DNA of 64,000 nucleotides from Gammaproteobacteria bacterium (GTDB lineage Bacteria; Pseudomonadota; Gammaproteobacteria; GCA-001735895), in contig JBNKUM010000008.1 in assembly GCA_050298595.1 (NCBI GenBank), positions 128,001 through 192,000 of the forward strand. Reading direction: 5' to 3'. The translations under genes and the position numbers were made by a program. The notes under the pieces are model-generated. The model was not told the origin of the DNA and did no database searches. It was given only the letters and a program-made list of their open reading frames with translations. Below, piece after piece: positions 24,703 to 34,757 of this stretch. Each line of letters starts with the position of its first letter. The first letter of the stretch is position 1.

Positions 24703-27700
24703 CTAAGCATCATAGTTAAGAACTGGCGCTAACCAACGCTCCGTGACTGACTGCCCCATACCTTTACGCTCGGCATAATCCAGTAACTGATCTTTTTCGA
24801 TTTTACCCACAGCAAAGTAATTTGCCTGCGGGTGAGCAAAGTAAAACCCTGATACCGATGCCATCGGCAGCATGGCATAAGACTCGGTGATGGTGATACC
24901 AATATTTTGATCTGGCTGAATTAACTCCCATAGCAAGGCCTTCTCAGTGTGATCTGGACAGGCTGGATAACCCGGTGCTGGACGTATGCCCTGATACGAT
25001 TCCCTGATCAGCTCACTGTTTTGCAGATTTTCATCGTTGGCATAACCCCAGGCCTGCTTGCGTATCTTTTCATGCAGCCATTCGGCAGCCGCTTCGGCAA
25101 GACGATCAGCCAGCGCTTTTGCCATGATAGCATTGTAATCATCGTGCTGAGCTTCAAATTGCTCTACGATTTTTTCCAGACCGATGCCTGCAGTAACTGC
25201 AAAAGCCCCCAGGTAATCCGGTAATCCAGTAGACTCGGGGGCAATAAAATCTGACAAACACTGGTTTGCTTTACCAGGAGGCTTCTGGTTTTGCTGACGC
25301 AGATGATGCAGCACCATTAACTCTTCACTACGCTGCTCGGACTGATAAAGCACAATATCATCATCTCTGCTATTCGCAGGGAAAAATCCATACACAGCTT
25401 TGGCGCCCAGCTGTCCCTGATCGACAATACTCGATAATTGAACCTGCGCATCTTCAAATAATTGCTGAGCTTCTTTGCCAACAATCTCATCCTGCAAAAT
25501 TTTCGGATAGCTACCCGCCAGCTCCCAGGCATGGAAAAAAGGCGTCCAGTCAATATACTCAACCAGTTCATGCAGATCTATTTCATCAATCACTGACACC
25601 CCTGTTGAAGCAGGCTTTGGTGGCTGGTAACCACTCCAGTCTATAGGCGTACGATTTTCACGTGCCTGTGCCAGGGTGAGGAATTTCTTATTAGATTGCC
25701 TGCCGGCATGCAGTTCGCGCACCTGTACATATTCATCACGAATACCTTTTCTAAAATCATCACCCTGATTATCACTCAGCAGCGCTGATGCCACACCGAC
25801 CGCACGCGATGCATCTTTTACATACACCACGCTATCGGCATCATAATGCGGTTCAATCTTCACCGCCGTATGAACTCGGGAGGTAGTCGCCCCCCCTATC
25901 ATCAGAGGAATACTAAAACCTTGACGTTTCATCTCTTTAGCAACATGCACCATCTCATCCAGCGACGGAGTGATCAGGCCTGAAAGCCCTATGATATCGA
26001 CGTTTTGTTCGCGCGCAGTTTTTAAGATGGTTTCTGCAGGCACCATGACACCAAGATCGATAATTTCATAATTGTTACACTGCAGTACAACGCCGACGAT
26101 ATTCTTACCGATATCGTGCACATCGCCTTTAACCGTCGCCATCAGTATCTTGCCATTGGTAGACAGATCATCACTGCTTTTCTCAGCTTCCAGATAAGGC
26201 ATCAAATACGCCACTGCCTGCTTCATGACACGCGCAGATTTAACCACCTGAGGCAGGAACATCTTACCATCGCCAAATAGATCACCCACTACATTCATAC
26301 CATCCATCAAAGGACCTTCAATCACATTCAATGAAGCAGGATAATGCTGACGTGCCTCTTCCGTATCAACCTCGATAAATTCGGTTATACCCTTAACCAG
26401 TGCATGCTCCAGACGTTTGTTGATATCCAGACTACGCCACGCCTGATCTTCCTTGTTTTCCAGCGCCTTGCCATCACCCCGGTATTTTTCGGCAATATCC
26501 AGCAATGCCTCAGTCGCTTCGGGATTGCGGTTAAGCACGACATCCTCTACCCGTTGCTTTAATTCTTCGGGTATATCGGAATAGATGGCCAGCTGACCGG
26601 CATTGACTATACCCATATCCATACCCTGCTGAATCGCATGATATAAAAACACCGCATGGATCGCTTCGCGAACCGGGTTATTGCCTCTGAAGGAGAATGA
26701 GACATTTGATAACCCCCCACTGACCAGGGCATGGGGCAGGTTCTGCTTAATGAATTTTGTGGCCTCAAAAAAATCGACGGCGTAGTTATTGTGCTCATCT
26801 ATGCCCGTTGCAATCGCAAAGATATTGGGGTCGAAAATAATATCTTCAGGAGGAAAACCTAACTGTTCGGTTAATATCTGATAGGCGCGTTGGCAGATTT
26901 CAATCTTACGTGCCGCCGTATCAGCCTGCCCATGTTCGTCGAAAGCCATAACGATAGCCGCTGCACCATAACGTCGAACCAGACGCGCCTGCTGGATAAA
27001 CTTCTCTTCACCCTCCTTAAGACTGATCGAATTCACTACACCCTTGCCCTGGATGCATTGCAACCCGGCTTCGATGATGTCCCATTTGGATGAATCCAGC
27101 ATGATCGGAACACGAGAAATATCAGGTTCACTGGCGATCAGATTCAGAAAGCGCACCATCGCCTCTTTCGACTCCAGCAGACCTTCATCCATATTGATAT
27201 CGATAATCTGCGCGCCGTTTTCTACCTGTTGCCTGGCTACATCCAGTGCAGTTTCGTAATCGCCTTCCATGATCAGGCGTTTAAACATGGCAGAGCCAGT
27301 AACGTTAGTTCGTTCGCCAACATTCACAAACAGACTGTCGGCGGAAATGGTACAGGGCTCTAATCCAGCCAACTGACAACTGACAGGTAACTCAGGAATT
27401 TTACGTGGCGCGAGGCCTGAGACCTTTTGCACTATAGCCCTGATATGATCGGGGCTGGTACCACAGCATCCACCCACAATATTCAGAAATCCATTCTCCG
27501 CCCATTCGACGATTTCACCCGCAACATCTTCAGGAGTTTCATCGTATTCACCGAATTCATTGGGCAACCCGGCATTGGGGTGAGCTGACACATGCGTATC
27601 CGCAATATTCGACAAGGTTTCTACATATTGGCGTAATTCCTTCGGCCCTAGCGCGCAGTTAAGCCCGATAGATACAGGCTCTGCATGGCGCAGGCTATTG

Positions 27701-28398
27701 TAAAAGGCTTCGGTGGTTTGCCCGGACAGGGTGCGACCGGATGCATCAGTAATCGTGCCCGAGATCATGATAGGCAGTTCTTTCTCGCGCTGATCAAATA
27801 CCTGTTTAACAGCAAAAATTGCGGCCTTGGCATTCAAGGTGTCGAAGATGGTTTCGATCAGGATGATATCGGACCCACCATCGATCAAACCTTCAGTTGC
27901 TTCGCTGTATATCTCTACCAACTCATTAAAGCTGGTATTGCGATAACCGGGATCATTCACATCAGGTGATAAAGAAGCTGTACGACTGGTTGGCCCCAGT
28001 ACACCGGCTACAAAACGGGGCTTAGCTGGGTTCTGCCGGGTAAAGTCATCGCAGATTGCTCGCGCAATCTCACTGGATGTTTTATTGATTTCGTATGCCA
28101 GATCCTGCATCGAATAATCCGACATGGAAATTCGGTTGGCATTGAAGGTATTGGTTTCGATGATATCCGCACCAGCTTGCAGATAGGCTTTATGGATATC
28201 ACTGATAATCTGTGGCTGAGTCAACGACAAAAGGTCATTATTGCCCTTGAGCGGGCTTTCCCAGTCAGCAAAACGTTGTCCTCGATAATCTGACTCTTCC
28301 AGCTCATAAGATTGAATCATGGTGCCCATAGCACCATCGAGAAATAAGATTCGCTGCTTCAGGGCATCTAGAAAAACTTGCGGGTCAGAGGAACTCAC
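24703..28398 (-). CDS. metH: Cobalamin-dependent methionine synthase
   Basis: [49 protein letters not shown]. Confidence 0.99.
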   Translation of the reverse strand: MSSSDPQVFLDALKQRILFLDGAMGTMIQSYELEESDYRGQRFADWESPLKGNNDLLSLTQPQIISDIHKAYLQAGADIIETNTFNANRISMSDYSMQDLAYEINKTSSEIARAICDDFTRQNPAKPRFVAGVLGPTSRTASLSPDVNDPGYRNTSFNELVEIYSEATEGLIDGGSDIILIETIFDTLNAKAAIFAVKQVFDQREKELPIMISGTITDASGRTLSGQTTEAFYNSLRHAEPVSIGLNCALGPKELRQYVETLSNIADTHVSAHPNAGLPNEFGEYDETPEDVAGEIVEWAENGFLNIVGGCCGTSPDHIRAIVQKVSGLAPRKIPELPVSCQLAGLEPCTISADSLFVNVGERTNVTGSAMFKRLIMEGDYETALDVARQQVENGAQIIDINMDEGLLESKEAMVRFLNLIASEPDISRVPIMLDSSKWDIIEAGLQCIQGKGVVNSISLKEGEEKFIQQARLVRRYGAAAIVMAFDEHGQADTAARKIEICQRAYQILTEQLGFPPEDIIFDPNIFAIATGIDEHNNYAVDFFEATKFIKQNLPHALVSGGLSNVSFSFRGNNPVREAIHAVFLYHAIQQGMDMGIVNAGQLAIYSDIPEELKQRVEDVVLNRNPEATEALLDIAEKYRGDGKALENKEDQAWRSLDINKRLEHALVKGITEFIEVDTEEARQHYPASLNVIEGPLMDGMNVVGDLFGDGKMFLPQVVKSARVMKQAVAYLMPYLEAEKSSDDLSTNGKILMATVKGDVHDIGKNIVGVVLQCNNYEIIDLGVMVPAETILKTAREQNVDIIGLSGLITPSLDEMVHVAKEMKRQGFSIPLMIGGATTSRVHTAVKIEPHYDADSVVYVKDASRAVGVASALLSDNQGDDFRKGIRDEYVQVRELHAGRQSNKKFLTLAQARENRTPIDWSGYQPPKPASTGVSVIDEIDLHELVEYIDWTPFFHAWELAGSYPKILQDEIVGKEAQQLFEDAQVQLSSIVDQGQLGAKAVYGFFPANSRDDDIVLYQSEQRSEELMVLHHLRQQNQKPPGKANQCLSDFIAPESTGLPDYLGAFAVTAGIGLEKIVEQFEAQHDDYNAIMAKALADRLAEAAAEWLHEKIRKQAWGYANDENLQNSELIRESYQGIRPAPGYPACPDHTEKALLWELIQPDQNIGITITESYAMLPMASVSGFYFAHPQANYFAVGKIEKDQLLDYAERKGMGQSVTERWLAPVLNYDA

Positions 28399-28505
28399 TT
28401 AAATTACCAGTTTAAAATGGACGCACATTCTACACAATGAAGCGTTAACTCCCAATCACTGTCTGCTAAACTTGACCACTAATATTTTTTATCCGAAGAA
28501 AAGCC

Positions 28506-29063
28506 ATGGGAAATCGACTTAGCTCTATAATTACACGAACGGGTGATGACGGCAGCACAATGCTGGGGGATGGCAGCCGATTGTTAAAAAACGATATTCG
28601 CATTCAATGTCTGGGTGAAACTGATGAATTGAATTCATTATTGGGCTTATTGAGAAGCCTGATCGATGACGTCGACATTTCTCAGATACTATTCCAGATT
28701 CAACATGATTTATTTGATATCGGTGCCGAGCTTAGCCAGCCAGCAAAGTCGTTGATTACTCAGGAATACGTTGAGTTCCTGGATCATAAAGCACAGTCTT
28801 ATAATGAAAAACTACCAGCTCTTAAAGAGTTCATTTTGCCAGGAGGCAGCAGCGCTATTGCCTACCTACACCTCGCCAGAACACTATGTCGCCGTGCTGA
28901 ACGTAGCCTGGTCACTCTAGATCAACAGCAGGCTGTTAATCCGCAAAGCCTGCATTATATGAACAGGCTTTCCGATTTATTGTTTATCCTGGCGAGATAT
29001 TGCGCGCTTCAGGATGGGCAGGAAGAAATCTACTGGCAGTCCAAATTTTCCAGACAGAGTTGA
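28506..29063 (+). CDS. ATP:cob(I)alamin adenosyltransferase, PduO/YvqK type
   Basis: TRTGDDG, GETDELNS, FILPGG, ARTLCRRAER, NRLSDLLFILAR. Confidence 0.95.
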   Translation: MGNRLSSIITRTGDDGSTMLGDGSRLLKNDIRIQCLGETDELNSLLGLLRSLIDDVDISQILFQIQHDLFDIGAELSQPAKSLITQEYVEFLDHKAQSYNEKLPALKEFILPGGSSAIAYLHLARTLCRRAERSLVTLDQQQAVNPQSLHYMNRLSDLLFILARYCALQDGQEEIYWQSKFSRQS

Positions 29064-29095
29064 TTGCAGCAATAACCAGCTTTGCAGAATATAGC

Positions 29096-29533
29096 TTAAC
29101 CGTGGCTTCGTTGATACTGCCCCATCATCCAGCCAAGAAACGCTGTCAGGGTTTGCTTCTGCTTACGGTCACAGTCTTTTTGCATCGCTTCAAGCCGGCT
29201 TCGGGTTTCCATTAATAAGCTTTCGTATTCACGAACCTTTTGCTGAGACTCCTGTAATTTCATCTGAAGTCTATTCACCTGATCGGCCATCACTCTTTCA
29301 GAAGGAATAGAATCAGCCTGAATCTTGAAAATAGCATTGTGCTGAATGCGCTCTACACGATCCAGTTCCTTTTCATTTTCAAGCCTGACCTGTGGATAGA
29401 ACTTGAGCAGTGAATTTACACTCACATCACCTTCAAAAACTTCAAGATTACCCGCTTTGATTTCCTGCTGGATCTGCCTTCTGCTGATGCCGGCCATTTT
29501 GGCTGCGGTCGAAATGTTTAAATGGTGTTGCAT
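29096..29533 (-). CDS. Hypothetical protein with N-terminal excisionase/MerR-like HTH and C-terminal coiled coil
   Basis: LNISTAAKMAGISRRQIQQEIKAGNL HTH pattern; heptad-rich C-terminus; AGAGGA RBS. Confidence 0.75.
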   Translation of the reverse strand: MQHHLNISTAAKMAGISRRQIQQEIKAGNLEVFEGDVSVNSLLKFYPQVRLENEKELDRVERIQHNAIFKIQADSIPSERVMADQVNRLQMKLQESQQKVREYESLLMETRSRLEAMQKDCDRKQKQTLTAFLGWMMGQYQRSHG

Positions 29534-29619
29534 GATGTCCTCTTGGTTGTTTACAAGAAAACTTATACCTAATTCGGACAGGCATTACAATAGAAATATA
29601 TCACTAATGGGATATACGG

Positions 29620-30024
29620 TTAGACCGATGAGCCAGAGGTATGCCAGGCAAAAGAGCAATCTAGTTGTGAACGTACCTGTATAAGTCCGGCCAGCCCCTT
29701 ATTGATCATGACACTGATAGGAGGTTCGTTATTGAATCTTTTATGCGGCTGCTTCATCCATCTTGCACACATTTCTACATTGCGAGGATAAGAGGTTCTC
29801 AGGGCATCAGCTATACCCAGAAGATGTTCCAGGTGTTGATTAATCAGCTCGGTATCCGGTAAAGGCTCATCCTGACGATAGCGTTCCAGCTTGCGGGTAC
29901 GCATGTCTTCGGGCAAACCAAGCAGGATGATTTTCTGCTCACCATTGGTACCCCAGCTATCGAGCAGCTGCATGATGTGATTGCTTAATAAGACACGCTG
30001 ATCTTTGCTGCCGGTTAATCTCAT
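29620..30024 (-). CDS. Xre/MbcA/ParS antitoxin-like protein (DUF2384-type C-terminal domain)
   Basis: C-terminal ARWMKQPHKRFNNEPPISVM..GLAGLIQVRSQLD fits the MbcA/ParS C-terminal pattern; N-terminal W....Q..LLGL helix segment. Confidence 0.7.
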   Translation of the reverse strand: MRLTGSKDQRVLLSNHIMQLLDSWGTNGEQKIILLGLPEDMRTRKLERYRQDEPLPDTELINQHLEHLLGIADALRTSYPRNVEMCARWMKQPHKRFNNEPPISVMINKGLAGLIQVRSQLDCSFAWHTSGSSV

Positions 30025-30101
30025 GCCACCCCCGGGGAAGTAATAATTGATGGCTTAGTATAGATTCAGCTTAGCTGCGAATACCCAGCTTAAAGATAAG
30101 G

Positions 30102-30428
30102 TTAATCATCTTCCAGATTAAAATATCCGCGTTGTAATGCGTGTTTGAGCTGATCGAAGCCTTCGATTGCCTCCAGATAGGCATTGCGCCATTTTTTTGC
30201 TTCTTCGCAGAGTTGAATATCAAGATTCGATTCATCAGCATGCGCCATCTGCAGCACATACTTCAGATATCTTGCACGTAAAACAGCTATGGATTGCGCC
30301 AAATGCAGAAAATCTGACTTCTTGATGTTACCAGCAATTTTAGTAATTGTACTTGAATTCATTAACGAGATTTGATGCTCAAATTGTTGCATCAAACGAC
30401 GTATCTCTGTTTCATTTTCGCCAGCCAT
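30102..30428 (-). CDS. Hypothetical all-alpha protein
   Basis: 108-aa ORF with GGGGA RBS, amphipathic helices, C-terminal LKHALQRGYF; same orientation as neighbours. Confidence 0.7.
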   Translation of the reverse strand: MAGENETEIRRLMQQFEHQISLMNSSTITKIAGNIKKSDFLHLAQSIAVLRARYLKYVLQMAHADESNLDIQLCEEAKKWRNAYLEAIEGFDQLKHALQRGYFNLEDD

Positions 30429-30513
30429 TAGGTTCCCCCTGATCCATCCTTTAACTTAAGATAGTTATAGACAAGAAATATACAGTTGTCAGCGATCAGA
30501 TGAAACAATTTTA

Positions 30514-31383
30514 TCAACGATATAAAGTCACACTGACCCGCCGGTTAAGTGCCCTGGATTGATCATCCTTCCCTTTTACCAGGGGCTGGTTTTCGCCATA
30601 AAATTCTACATGTAGCATTCGTGGATCAATATCACTCTGCACCAGATAATCATAAACGTACCAGGCACGCCGCGCTGAGAGCGAATCGTTGTAGCATTGG
30701 CTTCCTTTAAAATCTGCATGCCCAGTTATCTTCACTGTTTTAACTGTAGGATCCACTTTTAGATAAGCCAGTATTTTCGAAAGCGCCCTTTCCTCTTCTT
30801 CCTCCAGCGGAAATTCATCGTCAAACTCAAAATGTACTAGAGCGCGCTTTATATCTTCGAAATTATAGGGGTGTAGCTGACTTATACATTCTCCAAAATC
30901 AGCCTCAACATCACGAAACCTCACGGTAGAGAGAATAACCGAAACCGAGTTGAAACCATCTTCATCATCAATAAAAAACAGACTGGGCTGCTTTCCTTGC
31001 TGCAGCTCAAAATAGGCATATCGCGCCGTACTGGAGTTAATATCAACTACTGGATCGCTTAATCCAGATGTTTTAAGGTCAGCCAGGGTTGACTGAGTCT
31101 GTATGCCTTTCCAGTTAGCGGTTACTGATTGAAAAGCGACAGCCATATCTTTTTTATAGTTATGCTTCGATACAAACTTCAATTTCAGCGGGCGCCCACT
31201 CTCCTGATAGAACAGCGCTTTACCAAAGCGTGGGATGATATGCTCTATCTCACAACGCGTAGGGGTATTTACCGATAGCGTCCATCGTGACTTTTCCATA
31301 GGAGACATATAGATACGGTCGGGAGCCGCCTGTACAGCGGGACCCCACATAACTATCAGGCAAATAAGAATCAAATAGCGCAT
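30514..31383 (-). CDS. motY: MotY-like OmpA-domain flagellar stator-associated protein
   Basis: signal peptide, YMSPMEKSRW...CEIEHIIPRFGKALF (MotY N-domain style), C-terminal GHAD..G...YN..LS.RRA and NRRV OmpA motifs. Confidence 0.8.
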   Translation of the reverse strand: MRYLILICLIVMWGPAVQAAPDRIYMSPMEKSRWTLSVNTPTRCEIEHIIPRFGKALFYQESGRPLKLKFVSKHNYKKDMAVAFQSVTANWKGIQTQSTLADLKTSGLSDPVVDINSSTARYAYFELQQGKQPSLFFIDDEDGFNSVSVILSTVRFRDVEADFGECISQLHPYNFEDIKRALVHFEFDDEFPLEEEEERALSKILAYLKVDPTVKTVKITGHADFKGSQCYNDSLSARRAWYVYDYLVQSDIDPRMLHVEFYGENQPLVKGKDDQSRALNRRVSVTLYR

Positions 31384-31442
31384 AACGGGCAAAATTGAAG
31401 ACATACCTCCTGTATCGTTCAAAACAGCAAAAGCTTGAGCAA

Positions 31443-32222
31443 TTATTTGTTTTCGGTTAGAAAATCATTGGCCTCATCATAAAACATTTGTGGCTGCTCA
31501 GCATGTAGCCAGTGACCCGCATTTTCAATACATCTAAATGAGGCCCGACTAAAATGGTTTGGAATCAGTTCTCTGACTTCAGTATTCAGGTAATTAGACT
31601 GGCCGCCGTAGATAAACAGTGTGGGCGTTTCGATATACCAGTCGCTGATATCATCAAAACCGATAATTTGGGAGATATTGTCTTTTAGCGCCTTCCAGTT
31701 GAGTTTCCATTTCAATCCATTTTCAGCAACCACCAGATTCTGCAGCAGGAACATGCGAATTCTGGAATCAGGAATACTATCAGTTAATTCAGTATCAGCC
31801 TGCTTTCGATTTCTAAGCGATGCCAGATCCAGACTCAATACTGCGTCAATTAAGTCATTATAATCATGTCGATAAGTCACGGGGCCAATATCAGCTACCA
31901 CGAGCTGGTTAATCCTGGCTGGTTCGAGCTGGCCAAGCTTCATCGCAACCTTACCCCCCATGCTATGCCCGATTACCGACGTATGAGATATCTGTAACTG
32001 ATCCAGCAACTGGATCACATCCTGCCCCATAACCTGATAATTCATCTCATCCAGATGAGGAGAGTCGCCGTGATTTCTTAAATCAACACTGATCACAGTA
32101 AAGTTACTGGCAAATTGCTGACTTAGAGTTCGCCAGTTACGCGATGAACCGAACAAACCATGAATAATTAGCAAAGGAGGCCCTTCGCCCATCAATGTAT
32201 AATTTAAAATTGCGATGCTCAT
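31443..32222 (-). CDS. ybfF: Alpha/beta hydrolase, esterase YbfF family
   Basis: HGLFGS, DLRNHG, GHSMGGK, AGHWLHAEQP. Confidence 0.85.
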   Translation of the reverse strand: MSIAILNYTLMGEGPPLLIIHGLFGSSRNWRTLSQQFASNFTVISVDLRNHGDSPHLDEMNYQVMGQDVIQLLDQLQISHTSVIGHSMGGKVAMKLGQLEPARINQLVVADIGPVTYRHDYNDLIDAVLSLDLASLRNRKQADTELTDSIPDSRIRMFLLQNLVVAENGLKWKLNWKALKDNISQIIGFDDISDWYIETPTLFIYGGQSNYLNTEVRELIPNHFSRASFRCIENAGHWLHAEQPQMFYDEANDFLTENK

Positions 32223-32272
32223 AGATGAATACGTTATAATTTTTGACTCTCGATTCCTACAAAGAATAAATC

Positions 32273-34720
32273 ATGCAGAACCTCAAGAAGAGCGCACAAG
32301 TGTACTGGAATACCCGCTGGTTAAGAAGATTAGTTATTAGTGCTGTCAGCCTTTTTATCATTTTGCTGCTCATCCCTGTCGGCATTCAACTGGGCATAGC
32401 CTATGTGCTGAAAGATCAGGGTGCGAGTGAAGCACATGTTGAAGATATTAACCTTAACCTTTTCTCAGGTAGCTTCGAACTCACCGGCTTAAGCATGCAA
32501 GTTGCCGAAAACGATAGTGCGCAGATTGGGCATATATATGCCAATATCAATATGCTGGATTTAATCAGCAGTCGTGTGGTGCTTGATGAAGTCACCCTGC
32601 AGGATGTCAAAGCCCAGGTATATCGCGGTGATGATGGTAGCATCAGCCTAAATGGGTTGCAGCTAGTAAACAACAAAGCAACCGCAACTCACAACGAAGA
32701 AACTCAAACCATCTCAGAAAAGCCTCTGGCGTTTGCGATCAATAAACTGTTAATCAAACAGGTTTCAGTATCCTATCAGGAAGAGGACTTCCAACAACAG
32801 CTAGTAGTAAACGAACTGACATTAAACAATATAAAATCCTGGCAACCCGAATCAATTGCAGCTGTTGAAATTGATATGACATTGAATAAATCCCCAATGA
32901 TACTGACTGCACAGTTGAATCTATTCGACAAAATCAGAAAACTCAAAGGTCAGGCTTCTATCAAGTCACTGGCATTTACCCCTTTTGCAAAATATTACCG
33001 CGACTATTTAACAGACCTGCAGGGAAAACTGACGGTTTCCAGCCGATTTGATATTGCAATGGATGGCCAGATTAGTGGGCATGTTGAGAATGACGTAGAG
33101 ATTGCTGGACTTGATTTACAGTATCAACATATCCAACAGCAAAACGAAGTCATCCAGTGGAAGGGGAAAACTGAACTTATGGCCAATAGTCTGCCCGTTA
33201 TTCATGGCACCTTGCAGATAAAAAATAGTACAACAACAGATAGCGAACAAAAATATGAAGTTGCATCTTTTAGCTCGTTAGCCCTGCAAGAGCTTGCATT
33301 TAAAGCAGGCAACATCACGCTGGATAAAATCAATTTACAGGATATGAAGCTGGCCACTCAGAGCAAGGATCATCAACTTCTGGAGCTGGGACAGTTGAAT
33401 ATTAATAAGGTAGATTTTCGTCAGTCAGCCCAGTCTGTAGCCATTGAACTGATTACGCTAAACAAACCCATACTACAGGTCACGCTGGATGAGAAAAAAC
33501 AACTCCGACAAATAACACCCCTTCTGGCGACTATCCAGGCTTTCTCAAAAAGTAATGAACAGGCAGAAACCGAAACCAGCACAGCCATCTCAACAGAGCA
33601 GGACAAAAAGCCACTCGGCATAAAAATAGCAAAACTAATATTAAAAGAACCGGGCAAGCTGGACTTTTCTGACCTCAGTGTTTCACCCAATTATGCGACC
33701 ACGATCCACTTTAACCAGATTGAAATGGATAATATCTCATCAACTGAAGCAGCAGATTTCCAGTTGGCATTGAAGCAAGGTGACTACACAACTCTGGATA
33801 TCAAGGGCTCTGGTTTACTGTTAGACATAACCCGCCAGATAGCTTTCAAAGCAAAAATCAAACAACTCGACCTGCCACCAGTAACTGCCTACACCAGCGA
33901 GGCCATAGGCTATGGGATGAAAAGTGGAGTCATTGATTCGGATATTAGTGTCAAAATCGATAATCGAAATATTGACTCCCTGGTAGATTTAAAGATTGAT
34001 TCGATTGAGGTCGTCGAAACCCAGGCAAAAACCGCCGAACAGGTGACCAGTGCATCCGGCATGTCAATTGATCTTGCCGTTTCAACCTTGAAAGACGATA
34101 AAAACATAATCGATTTAAAACTACCCGTGAAAGGTAACCTTGACGAACCCGATTTCGATCTCAGCCTCGTAGTTAACAAGGCACTAGGTAAAGCAATGCA
34201 GTCAGCATCTTTATCCTACCTTAAATATGCCCTGCAGCCTTTTGGTTCACTGGTTTCATTATTCAATCTGGCAAAAGCAGCTGCCGAACATATATCCTTG
34301 CCACCAGTTCTGTTCAAACCCAACAGCGTGGAATTCGCAGAAAACCAGCAAGACCTTCTGGAAAAAGTGCTTAAGGTACTGAAACAACGACCCGCACTCA
34401 AAATCAAAGCTTGCGGTATTAGCGCACTCGAAGACTATAACTCGATAAAACAGGAGTTAATGACTGCCGAAATCGAACGCATAAAGCAACAACAGAAAAC
34501 AGAAAATAAAGAAGCAGACCCAAACAAACCAAAGGAAGAAATCATCATTGCTGAAGAAGTGATCCGGCAACACATGAAAGACCTGGCGGATAAGCGATCC
34601 GCCAGGGTTAAGAATTATTTTCTGGAGAAAGGCGATTTGAAATCAAATCGGATTTTGAATTGTCTGAGCTCCTCTAGTATGGATGAGAAATCTCATGCTG
34701 CGGTTGAATTGCAGATATAA
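32273..34720 (+). CDS. DUF748/AsmA-like envelope protein with degenerate C-terminal OmpA-like region
   Basis: N-terminal TM, beta-rich body, LAVSTLKD...IDLKLPVKGNLDEPDF typical of DUF748 proteins, LADKRSARVKNYF. Confidence 0.75.
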   Translation: MQNLKKSAQVYWNTRWLRRLVISAVSLFIILLLIPVGIQLGIAYVLKDQGASEAHVEDINLNLFSGSFELTGLSMQVAENDSAQIGHIYANINMLDLISSRVVLDEVTLQDVKAQVYRGDDGSISLNGLQLVNNKATATHNEETQTISEKPLAFAINKLLIKQVSVSYQEEDFQQQLVVNELTLNNIKSWQPESIAAVEIDMTLNKSPMILTAQLNLFDKIRKLKGQASIKSLAFTPFAKYYRDYLTDLQGKLTVSSRFDIAMDGQISGHVENDVEIAGLDLQYQHIQQQNEVIQWKGKTELMANSLPVIHGTLQIKNSTTTDSEQKYEVASFSSLALQELAFKAGNITLDKINLQDMKLATQSKDHQLLELGQLNINKVDFRQSAQSVAIELITLNKPILQVTLDEKKQLRQITPLLATIQAFSKSNEQAETETSTAISTEQDKKPLGIKIAKLILKEPGKLDFSDLSVSPNYATTIHFNQIEMDNISSTEAADFQLALKQGDYTTLDIKGSGLLLDITRQIAFKAKIKQLDLPPVTAYTSEAIGYGMKSGVIDSDISVKIDNRNIDSLVDLKIDSIEVVETQAKTAEQVTSASGMSIDLAVSTLKDDKNIIDLKLPVKGNLDEPDFDLSLVVNKALGKAMQSASLSYLKYALQPFGSLVSLFNLAKAAAEHISLPPVLFKPNSVEFAENQQDLLEKVLKVLKQRPALKIKACGISALEDYNSIKQELMTAEIERIKQQQKTENKEADPNKPKEEIIIAEEVIRQHMKDLADKRSARVKNYFLEKGDLKSNRILNCLSSSSMDEKSHAAVELQI

Positions 34721-34753
34721 AAAAGCCCTTAATTTTATATCAAGGGCTTTTTT
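34719..34753. terminator. Bidirectional Rho-independent terminator
   Basis: AAAAAAGCCCTT-aattttatatc-AAGGGCTTTTTT between convergent genes. Confidence 0.85.
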
Positions 34754-34757
34754 TATA

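Noticed and set aside
28399-28505. Possible cobalamin riboswitch before metH
   Set aside because: Spacer is only 107 bp and lacks recognisable B12-element motifs
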